Shown here: in pieces, positions 26,741 through 33,639 of the stretch
Numbering within the stretch: the first letter of the stretch is position 1
Layout of the letters: every line of letters begins with the position of its first letter
Source of the DNA: Oscillospiraceae bacterium
Lineage (GTDB): Bacteria > Bacillota > Clostridia > Oscillospirales > Oscillospiraceae
DNA length: 47,628 bases
Direction of reading: 5' to 3'
Assembly (NCBI GenBank): GCA_045638085.1
Contig: JAZUAQ010000049.1
Location: 1 to 47,628 of the forward strand
Translations under genes and position numbers: made by a program
The notes under the pieces: generated by a model
What the model saw: the letters and a program-made list of their open reading frames with translations, nothing else
What the model was told of the DNA's origin: nothing
Databases searched by the model: none

Positions 26741-26772
26741 AAAAAAACCGCTGAATACTCAGCGGTTTTTTT
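26741..26772. terminator. bidirectional terminator between lipoprotein gene and rplS
   Basis: AACCGCTGA (26746-26754) / TCAGCGGTT (26759-26767), flanked by A7 and T7 runs. Confidence 0.85.
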
Positions 26773-26785
26773 ATTGGGCTTTAGC

Positions 26786-27130
26786 TTACAGGCGCTCCTT
26801 GACCTTAGCGGCCTTACCCACGCGGTCACGCAGGTAGTAGAGCTTAGCTCTGCGAACCTTACCTCTGCGGACGGTCTCAACGGAGACGATGCTGGGAGAA
26901 TGAACAGGGAAAACCTTCTCGCAGCCGACGTTGTAGGAGACACGACGTACGGTGATGGTCTCATTGATACCGCCGTGCTTCTTGGCGATAATGATGCCTT
27001 CGTAGGCCTGGTTACGCTCACGAGAACCTTCCTTAACGCGAACGGTAACACGGACGGTGTCACCAACGTTCATGGTGGGGAGCTCGGGCTTCATGTACTG
27101 TGCAGTCAGGGTTTTGATGAGATCTGCCAT
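26786..27130 (-). CDS. rplS: 50S ribosomal protein L19
   Basis: 114 aa. ...[32 protein letters not shown]...TVRR...[11 protein letters not shown]-like sequence is unmistakably L19. Confidence 0.97.
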   Translation of the reverse strand: MADLIKTLTAQYMKPELPTMNVGDTVRVTVRVKEGSRERNQAYEGIIIAKKHGGINETITVRRVSYNVGCEKVFPVHSPSIVSVETVRRGKVRRAKLYYLRDRVGKAAKVKERL

Positions 27131-27224
27131 TTTTATATTTCCTTCCTTTTATAGACGTTCATACCGGAGGGCTAAAGGCCGCGGAAGCGGACCGTCTTTA
27201 TTCATTCACGCTTGCTTCGCAAGC
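27131..27224 (-). promoter_or_regulatory. structured 5' UTR of rplS (candidate L19 autoregulatory leader)
   Basis: About 90-nt leader between the predicted promoter and the RBS. Contains hairpin GCTTGC-TTC-GCAAGC (27210-27224), a GC-rich hairpin around 27177-27195, and possible long-range AGACG/CGTCT pairing near the RBS. Confidence 0.35.
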
Positions 27225-27230
27225 CGTTAT

Positions 27231-27259
27231 ATGATAACACACTGATTCTGGAAATGCAA
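27231..27259 (-). promoter_or_regulatory. promoter for rplS
   Basis: On the minus strand: TTGCAT (27259-27254), 17-nt spacer, TATCAT (27236-27231). Confidence 0.5.
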
Positions 27260-27266
27260 TACTTTT

Positions 27267-27926
27267 TTAGCGGAAAATCTCCATATTTTCATCAAAAATT
27301 TCCAGTCTTTCAAACTCTGCAAAGTCGGGAGCTATGCTCGCTGCCTTCTGGCGAAGAGCAGACACCAGATGTTCGGGATTGAGGGTGGGTTCCTGTGCGC
27401 TGATGACGGCGCGGAGGGCAACGCAGTCCTCCTCTGCTTCAAAGCTTATCTCACGAATGGCAGGTGCAATATCCGCCTCACCCATTCCTCTTTTGGTCTT
27501 CTTCTCTATAACGATGCTTTCTGCGGAGAAGAAGGTGCGGAGAGCTTCCGCCATCTCTTCGAGAGGGCGCTCGTCATATTCAAAGCGTCCCGCAACAGAA
27601 AGCCACTTCAGCTCCTTGACCTTGCGCTCCGCTTCATATACCTCGATAGCCTCAATTCCCTCGGGCATGGCATCGCTGAGGCGAGCGGGCATTTCTGAAA
27701 GCTCCGCATCGGCGGTAAGCTGGAAATCCATAAGCTCGCAGGAGCTGGAGCAGCCAACGGAGAGGGGCAGCAAAATGGATATCTGAGCGTGGGGATTGAA
27801 GCCCTCGGAATATTTGAGGGGGTAGCCAGCGCGGAGGAAAACTCTCTGCATGGTACGCATAAGGTCAAGATGGGAAATATAAACAGCCTTGCCCTTTTTG
27901 GCAAAACGAAGACGCAGCTTACTCAT
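27267..27926 (-). CDS. radical-SAM-linked protein, DUF2344 (TIGR03936-like)
   Basis: MSKLRLRFAKKGKAVYISHLDLMRTMQRVFLRAGYPLKYSEGFNPH matches my memory of DUF2344. ATG at 27926 lies 7 nt after GGAGGTG and overlaps the upstream stop by 8 nt. Confidence 0.85.
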   Translation of the reverse strand: MSKLRLRFAKKGKAVYISHLDLMRTMQRVFLRAGYPLKYSEGFNPHAQISILLPLSVGCSSSCELMDFQLTADAELSEMPARLSDAMPEGIEAIEVYEAERKVKELKWLSVAGRFEYDERPLEEMAEALRTFFSAESIVIEKKTKRGMGEADIAPAIREISFEAEEDCVALRAVISAQEPTLNPEHLVSALRQKAASIAPDFAEFERLEIFDENMEIFR

Positions 27927-29751
27927 TGCAGACACCTCCTGTCAGTTTGTTAGCGCCGCAGCCGCTGCACTTCACGCTGCAGTCAGGGCTGAGTTCGGCA
28001 GCATAGGCCTTATCTCTTTCACGCCAAAGATGAGCCTTGCGTACACCCATATCGATGTGATCCCAAGGAAGAAGCTCGTCCTTCGCTCTTTCTCTGGTGG
28101 TGTAGAAGTCGGGGTCAATACCGCATTTTTCAAGGGCATCGGTCCAGCGCTTATAGTCGAAGAAATCGCTCCATGCCTCAAGTCTTGCGCCGCTGCGCCA
28201 TACCTCCTCGATAACATCCGCAATGCGGCGGTCACCTCGGGAGAGGATGGCTTCGATAACGCTGGTTTCCGCATCGTGCCAGTTATATGTGACATTTTTT
28301 GCGGTCATATGCTCGCGGAGGAGCTTTACCTTGCGGAGATATTCCTCGGGGCTGACCTGAGCCTCCCACTGGAAGGGACTATGGGGCTTGGGGATAAAGC
28401 AGGAGGTGGAAACGGTGATACGCACTCCCCTGTCCTTATTGGTGGAATGCTGGCGCCACATCCATACAACGCTCTTTGCCATATCAGCTATAGCAAGGAC
28501 GTCCTCGTCGGTCTCGGTGGGCAGACCAAGCATGAAATAGAGCTTAATATTGTTCCAGCCGCCAGAGAAAGCAACCTTGCAGGTTTCCATCAGATCCTCA
28601 TGGCGGACATTTTTGTTTATAGCATCGCGAAGGCGCTGTGAGCCTGCTTCAGGGGCAAAGGTGAGGCCGCTTTTACGCACGCGCTGCACCTTCTGCATGA
28701 GGTCCATGGAGAAGTTATCGGCGCGGAGAGAAGGAAGCGCAAGACCTATGCTGCGGGGCACGCAGTAATCCTGCAGACCGTCGCAAAGAGCCTCAAGACC
28801 GGGATAATCGCTGGAAGAGAGAGAGGAGAGGGTTATCTCCTGATAGCCGGTGTTTTCAAGACTCTCTATTCCCTGCTTTATAAGGCGCTCATAGTTGCGG
28901 GTGCGCACGGGGCGATAGATATGACCGGCCTGGCAGAAGCGGCAGCCGCGGATGCAGCCGCGGAAAAGCTCCACATTAACACGGTCATGAACTATCTCGG
29001 TGGAGGGAACTATCTGGTTTGTGGGGAAATAGCTCTCGTCAAAATTTTTGACTATGCGTTTAGTCACCTTTTCGGGAGCGCCTTCTTTTCGGCGCATCTC
29101 GGCGAGAGTGCCGTCGGCATTATATACGGGCTCATAGAGGGAAGGCACATAAACGCCCTCGATTTTGGCAGCTTCCAGAAGGAAGGCTTCCTTAGTCCAA
29201 GCCTCTTCCTTTGCGCGGATAAGCAGCTCCAGAAGCTCGTTATCCATCTCCTCGCCTTCGCCCACCAGCATCACGTCCATAAAAGGTGCCATGGGCTCGC
29301 TGTTGCAGCAGCTTGTGCCGCCGCAGAAAACGAGTGGCAGAAGGTTCTTTCTGTCCTTGCTGCGGAGGGGGATACCGCCCATATCAAGCATGTTGAGGAC
29401 GGTGGTATATGCCATCTCATAGCCAATGGAAAAGCCGATTGCGTCAAACTCGCTTATGGGGTCGCCGCTTTCAAGGGCATAGAGAGGAAGATTTGCCTTG
29501 CGCATCTCCTCTTCCATATCAGACCAGGGGGCGAAAACGCGCTCGCACCATACATTAGGCATGGAGTTCATAGTGCCGTAAAGAATGCGCATTCCCACAT
29601 TGCTCATACCGATTTCATAGGTATCGGGGAAGCAGAATGCCATTCGCAGGCTGACTGCATTTTTGTCCTTGATTATTTCGTTATATTCGCCGCCGGTATA
29701 GCGGGCAGGTTTCTGCACTTTAGGCAGAATTCTTTTAAGCTTGGAATTCAT
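27919..29751 (-). CDS. B12-binding-domain radical SAM protein (TIGR03960-like, uncharacterised)
   Basis: 610 aa. N-terminus KPARYTGGEYN. Radical SAM cluster CIRGCRFC (CxxxCxxC). Confidence 0.88.
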   Translation of the reverse strand: MNSKLKRILPKVQKPARYTGGEYNEIIKDKNAVSLRMAFCFPDTYEIGMSNVGMRILYGTMNSMPNVWCERVFAPWSDMEEEMRKANLPLYALESGDPISEFDAIGFSIGYEMAYTTVLNMLDMGGIPLRSKDRKNLLPLVFCGGTSCCNSEPMAPFMDVMLVGEGEEMDNELLELLIRAKEEAWTKEAFLLEAAKIEGVYVPSLYEPVYNADGTLAEMRRKEGAPEKVTKRIVKNFDESYFPTNQIVPSTEIVHDRVNVELFRGCIRGCRFCQAGHIYRPVRTRNYERLIKQGIESLENTGYQEITLSSLSSSDYPGLEALCDGLQDYCVPRSIGLALPSLRADNFSMDLMQKVQRVRKSGLTFAPEAGSQRLRDAINKNVRHEDLMETCKVAFSGGWNNIKLYFMLGLPTETDEDVLAIADMAKSVVWMWRQHSTNKDRGVRITVSTSCFIPKPHSPFQWEAQVSPEEYLRKVKLLREHMTAKNVTYNWHDAETSVIEAILSRGDRRIADVIEEVWRSGARLEAWSDFFDYKRWTDALEKCGIDPDFYTTRERAKDELLPWDHIDMGVRKAHLWRERDKAYAAELSPDCSVKCSGCGANKLTGGVCNE

Positions 29752-29851
29752 AGCTCTCTCCTGAAAAAATTGTCATATTATTTTATAACAGTAGTGCAGG
29801 AAAAGCAATAGCGTAAAATTGACAGAGAGGATAAACAGCTTCAGAAGCGGC

Positions 29852-30394
29852 TTATCCCCTGTTTTTATTATTGAACCACACAAGCCACAGAGCTATTGCA
29901 AAAAGAGCAAACCAGCCTTTATAAATCAAAAGCAGCAGCGATCCAAGTCCAAACACAATGCTTATTACCCGGGAAATTTTGCAGAAAGCCTCACCAATCG
30001 CAAGCTGCGCCAGCCTTCCTCCATCCAAAGGCAGCACAGGAATGAGATTGAAGCAAGACAGCGCTAGGCTCATCTCTCCACTGAGTCGGCAATATTCATA
30101 GGGAAAAATCATGCACAACGCAGAATAAATAAGCCCCGCCAAAGGACCTGCAGCCAAGGCGGCAGTGCCCCAGACGCCGCGCAGGCTCCCCCAGTAATCC
30201 ATCTCAAGACCGAAGAAACCGAGACGAAGCGCCCTAAGGCGAAGTCCGCCTATCATCATCACCGAAAAATGCCCCAGCTCATGGACTGCCACCGCAGGCA
30301 TCACAAGGGCAACGAAGCCGCTATCATCAAAAAAATAGATTATAGCAAAAGCCAGAAGCGCTGCCGGCTTTACATCCAGTTCAAGGCTCTTCAT
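29852..30394 (-). CDS. minimal M50-family site-2 metalloprotease (SpoIVFB-like core, no CBS domain)
   Basis: 180 aa and polytopic. HELGH zinc motif and FNLIPVLPLDGG (NxxPxxxLDG) motif. The start abuts the upstream stop (TAAATG). Confidence 0.85.
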   Translation of the reverse strand: MKSLELDVKPAALLAFAIIYFFDDSGFVALVMPAVAVHELGHFSVMMIGGLRLRALRLGFFGLEMDYWGSLRGVWGTAALAAGPLAGLIYSALCMIFPYEYCRLSGEMSLALSCFNLIPVLPLDGGRLAQLAIGEAFCKISRVISIVFGLGSLLLLIYKGWFALFAIALWLVWFNNKNRG

Positions 30395-31195
30395 TTAGTT
30401 GACATAATATTCAGGATTAACATATACACCGTTTTTGCTCAATTCAAAATGGAGATGCGGCCCCGTCACAAGTCCCGTATCTCCGACGAGGGCGATTTTA
30501 TCCCCTGATGACACCTTGTCGCCCTCCTCCACATAGAGAATGCTGCAATGGGCATAAAGGCTTTTCCAGCCGTCGGCGTGCTCTACGGTTATATAGTTTC
30601 CGAAGCTTTCGCAGTAACCTGCAAAACTGACCTCGCCGTCAGCAAAGGCATAAATAGGCTCCCCCGTCCACGCGGCGAAGTCTGTGCCATAGTGGAAGCG
30701 AATGTCACCGTGGATAGGATGTGTGCGGTATCCGAAACCTGATGAGTGCATCCCTTCAACGGGGATTTGGTAATTCTCCTTGAAGACATAGTAGGCGTAG
30801 CTTGCCTTTTCCGGCAGCTCGTATTCCGAATATTCTTCCTGACTTTCCAAAAATGCCGCCACTGCCGCTGGAAGAGGCACCGTCTCCTCCCCCTCGCTTG
30901 TGCCAAACTCTGTGTCAAACTCCGCGGTGCTTGCTTCGGCATGTTCAACGGTCATAAGGGAATACGGCAGAAAGGCATCCTCCGCGGACTCTGCGTGAAG
31001 ACTCTCCTCCACTTCGCCATCGAATAATCCTATATCACTGCCTAACTCACTAAGCGTCTGGCGGTACTCCGCATCCCATTTGAAAACGGCTTTTGTTTTT
31101 GTTATAAGACTGTTCGTAATGCTCGGAAAAAAGGCCTTGAGGGCAAAAAGCGCAGCCAAAATCAATGCCGCGATTACAAGCTTTGTTCTTTTCAT
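30395..31195 (-). CDS. membrane-anchored M23 (LytM-type) peptidase
   Basis: N-terminal TM segment, acidic linker, and a C-terminal domain with HYGTDF (HxxxD) and GPHLHFE (HxH) intact. Confidence 0.88.
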   Translation of the reverse strand: MKRTKLVIAALILAALFALKAFFPSITNSLITKTKAVFKWDAEYRQTLSELGSDIGLFDGEVEESLHAESAEDAFLPYSLMTVEHAEASTAEFDTEFGTSEGEETVPLPAAVAAFLESQEEYSEYELPEKASYAYYVFKENYQIPVEGMHSSGFGYRTHPIHGDIRFHYGTDFAAWTGEPIYAFADGEVSFAGYCESFGNYITVEHADGWKSLYAHCSILYVEEGDKVSSGDKIALVGDTGLVTGPHLHFELSKNGVYVNPEYYVN

Positions 31196-31279
31196 ATCAT
31201 AGCTCCTTTGAAGCGTAGCATAGGTCTTTACATACCTATTCTAACCAAAAGAGAATAAGAACAAGCCCCCTGAAAGTTC

Positions 31280-31308
31280 TTGACAGCCCCTTGAATAAAC
31301 ACTATAAT
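31280..31308 (+). promoter_or_regulatory. consensus sigma-A promoter for tRNA-Pro
   Basis: TTGACA (31280-31285), 17-nt spacer, TATAAT (31303-31308). It ends 14 nt before the tRNA. Confidence 0.7.
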
Positions 31309-31322
31309 GAACAAGCATTTAT

Positions 31323-31398
31323 CGGGGTGTAGCGCAGTTGGTAGCGTGCATGGTTCGGGTCCATGAGGCCGTGGGTTCGACTCCCGCCACTCCGACCA
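31323..31398 (+). tRNA. tRNA-Pro (anticodon CGG), CCA encoded
   Basis: Hand-folded cloverleaf. Acceptor CGGGGTG/CACTCCG. D-arm GCGC-AGTTGGTA-GCGT. Anticodon arm CATGG-TTCGGGT-CCATG. T-arm GTGGG-TTCGACT-CCCGC. A plus CCA. Confidence 0.92.
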
Positions 31399-31406
31399 AA
31401 AACTGA

Positions 31407-31437
31407 AGGCTCGGCATCTGCCGGGCCTTTGGTTTTT
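31407..31437 (+). terminator. intrinsic terminator after tRNA-Pro
   Basis: AGGCTCGGC (31407-31415) / GCCGGGCCT (31420-31428), 9 bp with one G-U, loop ATCT, then TTGGTTTTT. Confidence 0.7.
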
Positions 31438-31477
31438 ATCTGGTTCTGCTGTAGGAAGCCGAACCCACGGACTCATA

Positions 31478-31498
31478 AAACGCCGAAGGCGTTTTTTT
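31478..31498 (+). terminator. second small intrinsic terminator
   Basis: AAACGCC-GAA-GGCGTTT followed by a run of T to 31498. Confidence 0.55.
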
Positions 31499-31543
31499 AT
31501 ATCATGGCCGCATGCGGCCGTCGCGGCGTCTGCGCCGCAAGAC

Positions 31544-31575
31544 GGCCGTGGGTTCGACTCCCGCCACTCCGACCA
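31544..31575 (+). pseudogene. orphan 3' fragment of tRNA-Pro (variable loop, T-arm, 3' acceptor strand, CCA)
   Basis: The 32 nt GGCCGTGGGTTCGACTCCCGCCACTCCGACCA are identical to 31367-31398. No complementary 5' acceptor strand, D-arm or anticodon arm lies upstream. Confidence 0.85.
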
Positions 31576-31576
31576 T

Positions 31577-31609
31577 ACGGGGTTCGTCTTTTGACGGACT
31601 CCGTTTTTT
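31577..31609 (+). terminator. strong intrinsic terminator right after the tRNA-Pro fragment
   Basis: 12-bp stem 31577-31588 / 31593-31604 (two G-U pairs), loop TTTT, T6 tract. Confidence 0.7.
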
Positions 31610-31735
31610 GTTTTGCGCAATCCGCGGGAGGCGGACCCACTTCGTTGGGCTTCGATTTATCTTTCTATAAACTGCGAAAAAGACCCGGCTGGCACCGGGC
31701 CTTTTGTATATTATTATCCTGAACAGCGTTTGATG

Positions 31736-31763
31736 TTGACAGTTCGACATAGTTCAATATAAT
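31736..31763 (+). promoter_or_regulatory. promoter for CDS 31794..33590
   Basis: TTGACA (31736-31741), 16-nt spacer, TATAAT (31758-31763). AAAGGAGG RBS before the ATG. Confidence 0.6.
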
Positions 31764-31793
31764 TGAATTACGAACAATAAAGGAGGCATCATC

Positions 31794-33590
31794 ATGAGGA
31801 AAAAAAGCGCAAAGTTCTGGGTTTGTATAGCTCTTATCATCTGCCTTATCAGTTCTGTAGGCGCCGCGATTTTCCAGACGGATTTCGGCGGTACCGAATA
31901 TCATGACCTCAGCTTTGTTACTGAAAGCGGCCACACACTTGACGCACTTCTCCTTGTCCCCAAAAGCGTCAGCTCCGAAAACAAGGCTCCCGCAATTGTC
32001 GTCAGCCACGGCTGGTTCAATAACCGGGAGATGCAGGACCTCAACTATGTTGAATATGCACGCCGTGGTTATGTTGTTATGGCCATCAGTATGTACGGCC
32101 ACGGAGATTCTCAGGTTATAGAAAGCAACACATGGTGGGACGACAGCAATAATGCCAATGGACTTTATGATGCTGTCAAATATGTTGCCTCCCTCCCCTA
32201 TGTTGACGCAAGCCGCATCGGCGTTACCGGCCATTCTAACGGCGCGCTTGCCTGCCGCGAGGCAGTATTGCAGGATTACGAAGGACTCATAGCCTCTGCC
32301 CTTCTGGTGTCCAACGATGCTGTTTACACTGACGAAAACGGCAATTATTACAATATGTTCGGAAGCAGAGACGCCGCAATTGTCGCCTGCCAATATGACG
32401 AATTTTTCCACCGTGTTGACGGACTGCCCCCCAGAGAATATATCCACCAGGCCACCGCTCAGTCTTTTCTGAATTTCGGTGCTGATCCTGCCGAAGCGGA
32501 AACAAGAAGCGCCGATGTTTTCTACACTCAAACCAATGAAGGCGAAGAAACCATCCGTGCTATCCATAATCCCCCAATCACTCACCCTTGGGCTCATTTT
32601 TCCACCGGTGTTGTTGCCTTCAGCCTTGATTTCTTCGATGCTTCTCTTGGTGCGCCCAAGGCTATGGACAGCAAAAACCAGATTTGGCCCGTGAAGGCCG
32701 CCTTCAACGCCCTTGGAATTATCGGATTTTTCATGTTCACCGTATTTGCTGCAATATCGATGCTGGATCTGCCCTTCTTCGCCGAACTTAAAGCAGCAAA
32801 TCCCGTTCTCCCCCGCCCCGCTTTTGCCGGAAAGGCAAAGAGAAGCTATTTCACGAAGCAGATAATTGCCGCTCTTTTCAGCATAGTGGCTTATCTTGTT
32901 GCCTTTGTAATAGGCTATATTTTGTGGCAGTCCAAATTCTGGAATCAGGGCGCTTCCAGAATAATCGGTCTCTGGTCTGTCTTCTGCGGTCTTTTCGCAG
33001 TTTGGATGTTCCGCATCGGACGCAAAAAGAACCCTATAGACAAGTTCGATCGGGGCGTTAAAATCACATGGCGCAAGCTTTGGAAAAGCCTTGTTCTTGC
33101 CCTTGCCACAGTCTGCGCAGCCTTCGGCATAGTTTATCTCTCCGACTATCTTTTCCTCACCGACTACCGTCTTTGGTGCTTTGCCACCATTCGCGCGTTC
33201 AGCCCCGACCATATAGGTATGCTACTGCGCTTTGTTCCCTTCTGGCTGGTTTATTACATCGCAACCAGTGTTGCCGGAAACTGCTATAACTTCACAGCCA
33301 TCGGCAAAAACGGACGAGGCAGCGTTATCTGGAATATGTTCTTCCTCTTCCTCGGACCTGCAATCATGATCGCCGTTCAGTACATAAAGTTCTTCATAAG
33401 CGGATATATGGTTCTTGACCCGATCAGCGGTATTATGGGAATATGGCTCTTCCCCATTGCCGTTATCCTCCCCCTCTCCGGATGGGTTAGCCACAAGATC
33501 TATATGAAGACTAACAATCCTTATATCGGCGGCATAATAATGGGCTTCATCGCCTGCATACTCACCGTTACCAACACCCTCACCGGCTGA
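31794..33590 (+). CDS. alpha/beta-hydrolase domain fused to a C-terminal domain of about 8 TM segments (598 aa)
   Basis: N-terminal signal/anchor. Hydrolase region has the nucleophile elbow GHSNGA (GxSxG). From about residue 300 onward there are about eight hydrophobic helices. No specific family recognised. Confidence 0.8.
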   Translation: MRKKSAKFWVCIALIICLISSVGAAIFQTDFGGTEYHDLSFVTESGHTLDALLLVPKSVSSENKAPAIVVSHGWFNNREMQDLNYVEYARRGYVVMAISMYGHGDSQVIESNTWWDDSNNANGLYDAVKYVASLPYVDASRIGVTGHSNGALACREAVLQDYEGLIASALLVSNDAVYTDENGNYYNMFGSRDAAIVACQYDEFFHRVDGLPPREYIHQATAQSFLNFGADPAEAETRSADVFYTQTNEGEETIRAIHNPPITHPWAHFSTGVVAFSLDFFDASLGAPKAMDSKNQIWPVKAAFNALGIIGFFMFTVFAAISMLDLPFFAELKAANPVLPRPAFAGKAKRSYFTKQIIAALFSIVAYLVAFVIGYILWQSKFWNQGASRIIGLWSVFCGLFAVWMFRIGRKKNPIDKFDRGVKITWRKLWKSLVLALATVCAAFGIVYLSDYLFLTDYRLWCFATIRAFSPDHIGMLLRFVPFWLVYYIATSVAGNCYNFTAIGKNGRGSVIWNMFFLFLGPAIMIAVQYIKFFISGYMVLDPISGIMGIWLFPIAVILPLSGWVSHKIYMKTNNPYIGGIIMGFIACILTVTNTLTG

Positions 33591-33603
33591 TAATTTTATA
33601 CAT

Positions 33604-33638
33604 AAAAAAGTCCTGAACTTTCGTTCAGGACTTTTTTT
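33604..33638. terminator. bidirectional terminator between hydrolase gene and murF
   Basis: AAAAAAGTCCTGAAC / GTTCAGGACTTTTTT, 15-bp stem including the A and T runs, loop TTTC. Confidence 0.85.
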
Positions 33639-33639
33639 G

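Noticed and set aside
31440-31575. tmRNA, or a second intact tRNA, ending at 31575
   Set aside because: The T-arm, acceptor 3' strand and CCA are present. There is no complementary 5' acceptor strand (CGGGGTG or CGGAGTG) other than that of the complete tRNA-Pro. There is also no D-arm or anticodon arm, and no tag-peptide reading frame with a resume codon.
31228-31722. ORFs 31228-31620 (-), 31363-31722 (+) and 31502-31750 (-), including a repeated SEWRESNPRP peptide
   Set aside because: They run through tRNA-Pro, its duplicated 3' end and several terminators. The repeated peptide is simply the translated 32-nt DNA repeat.
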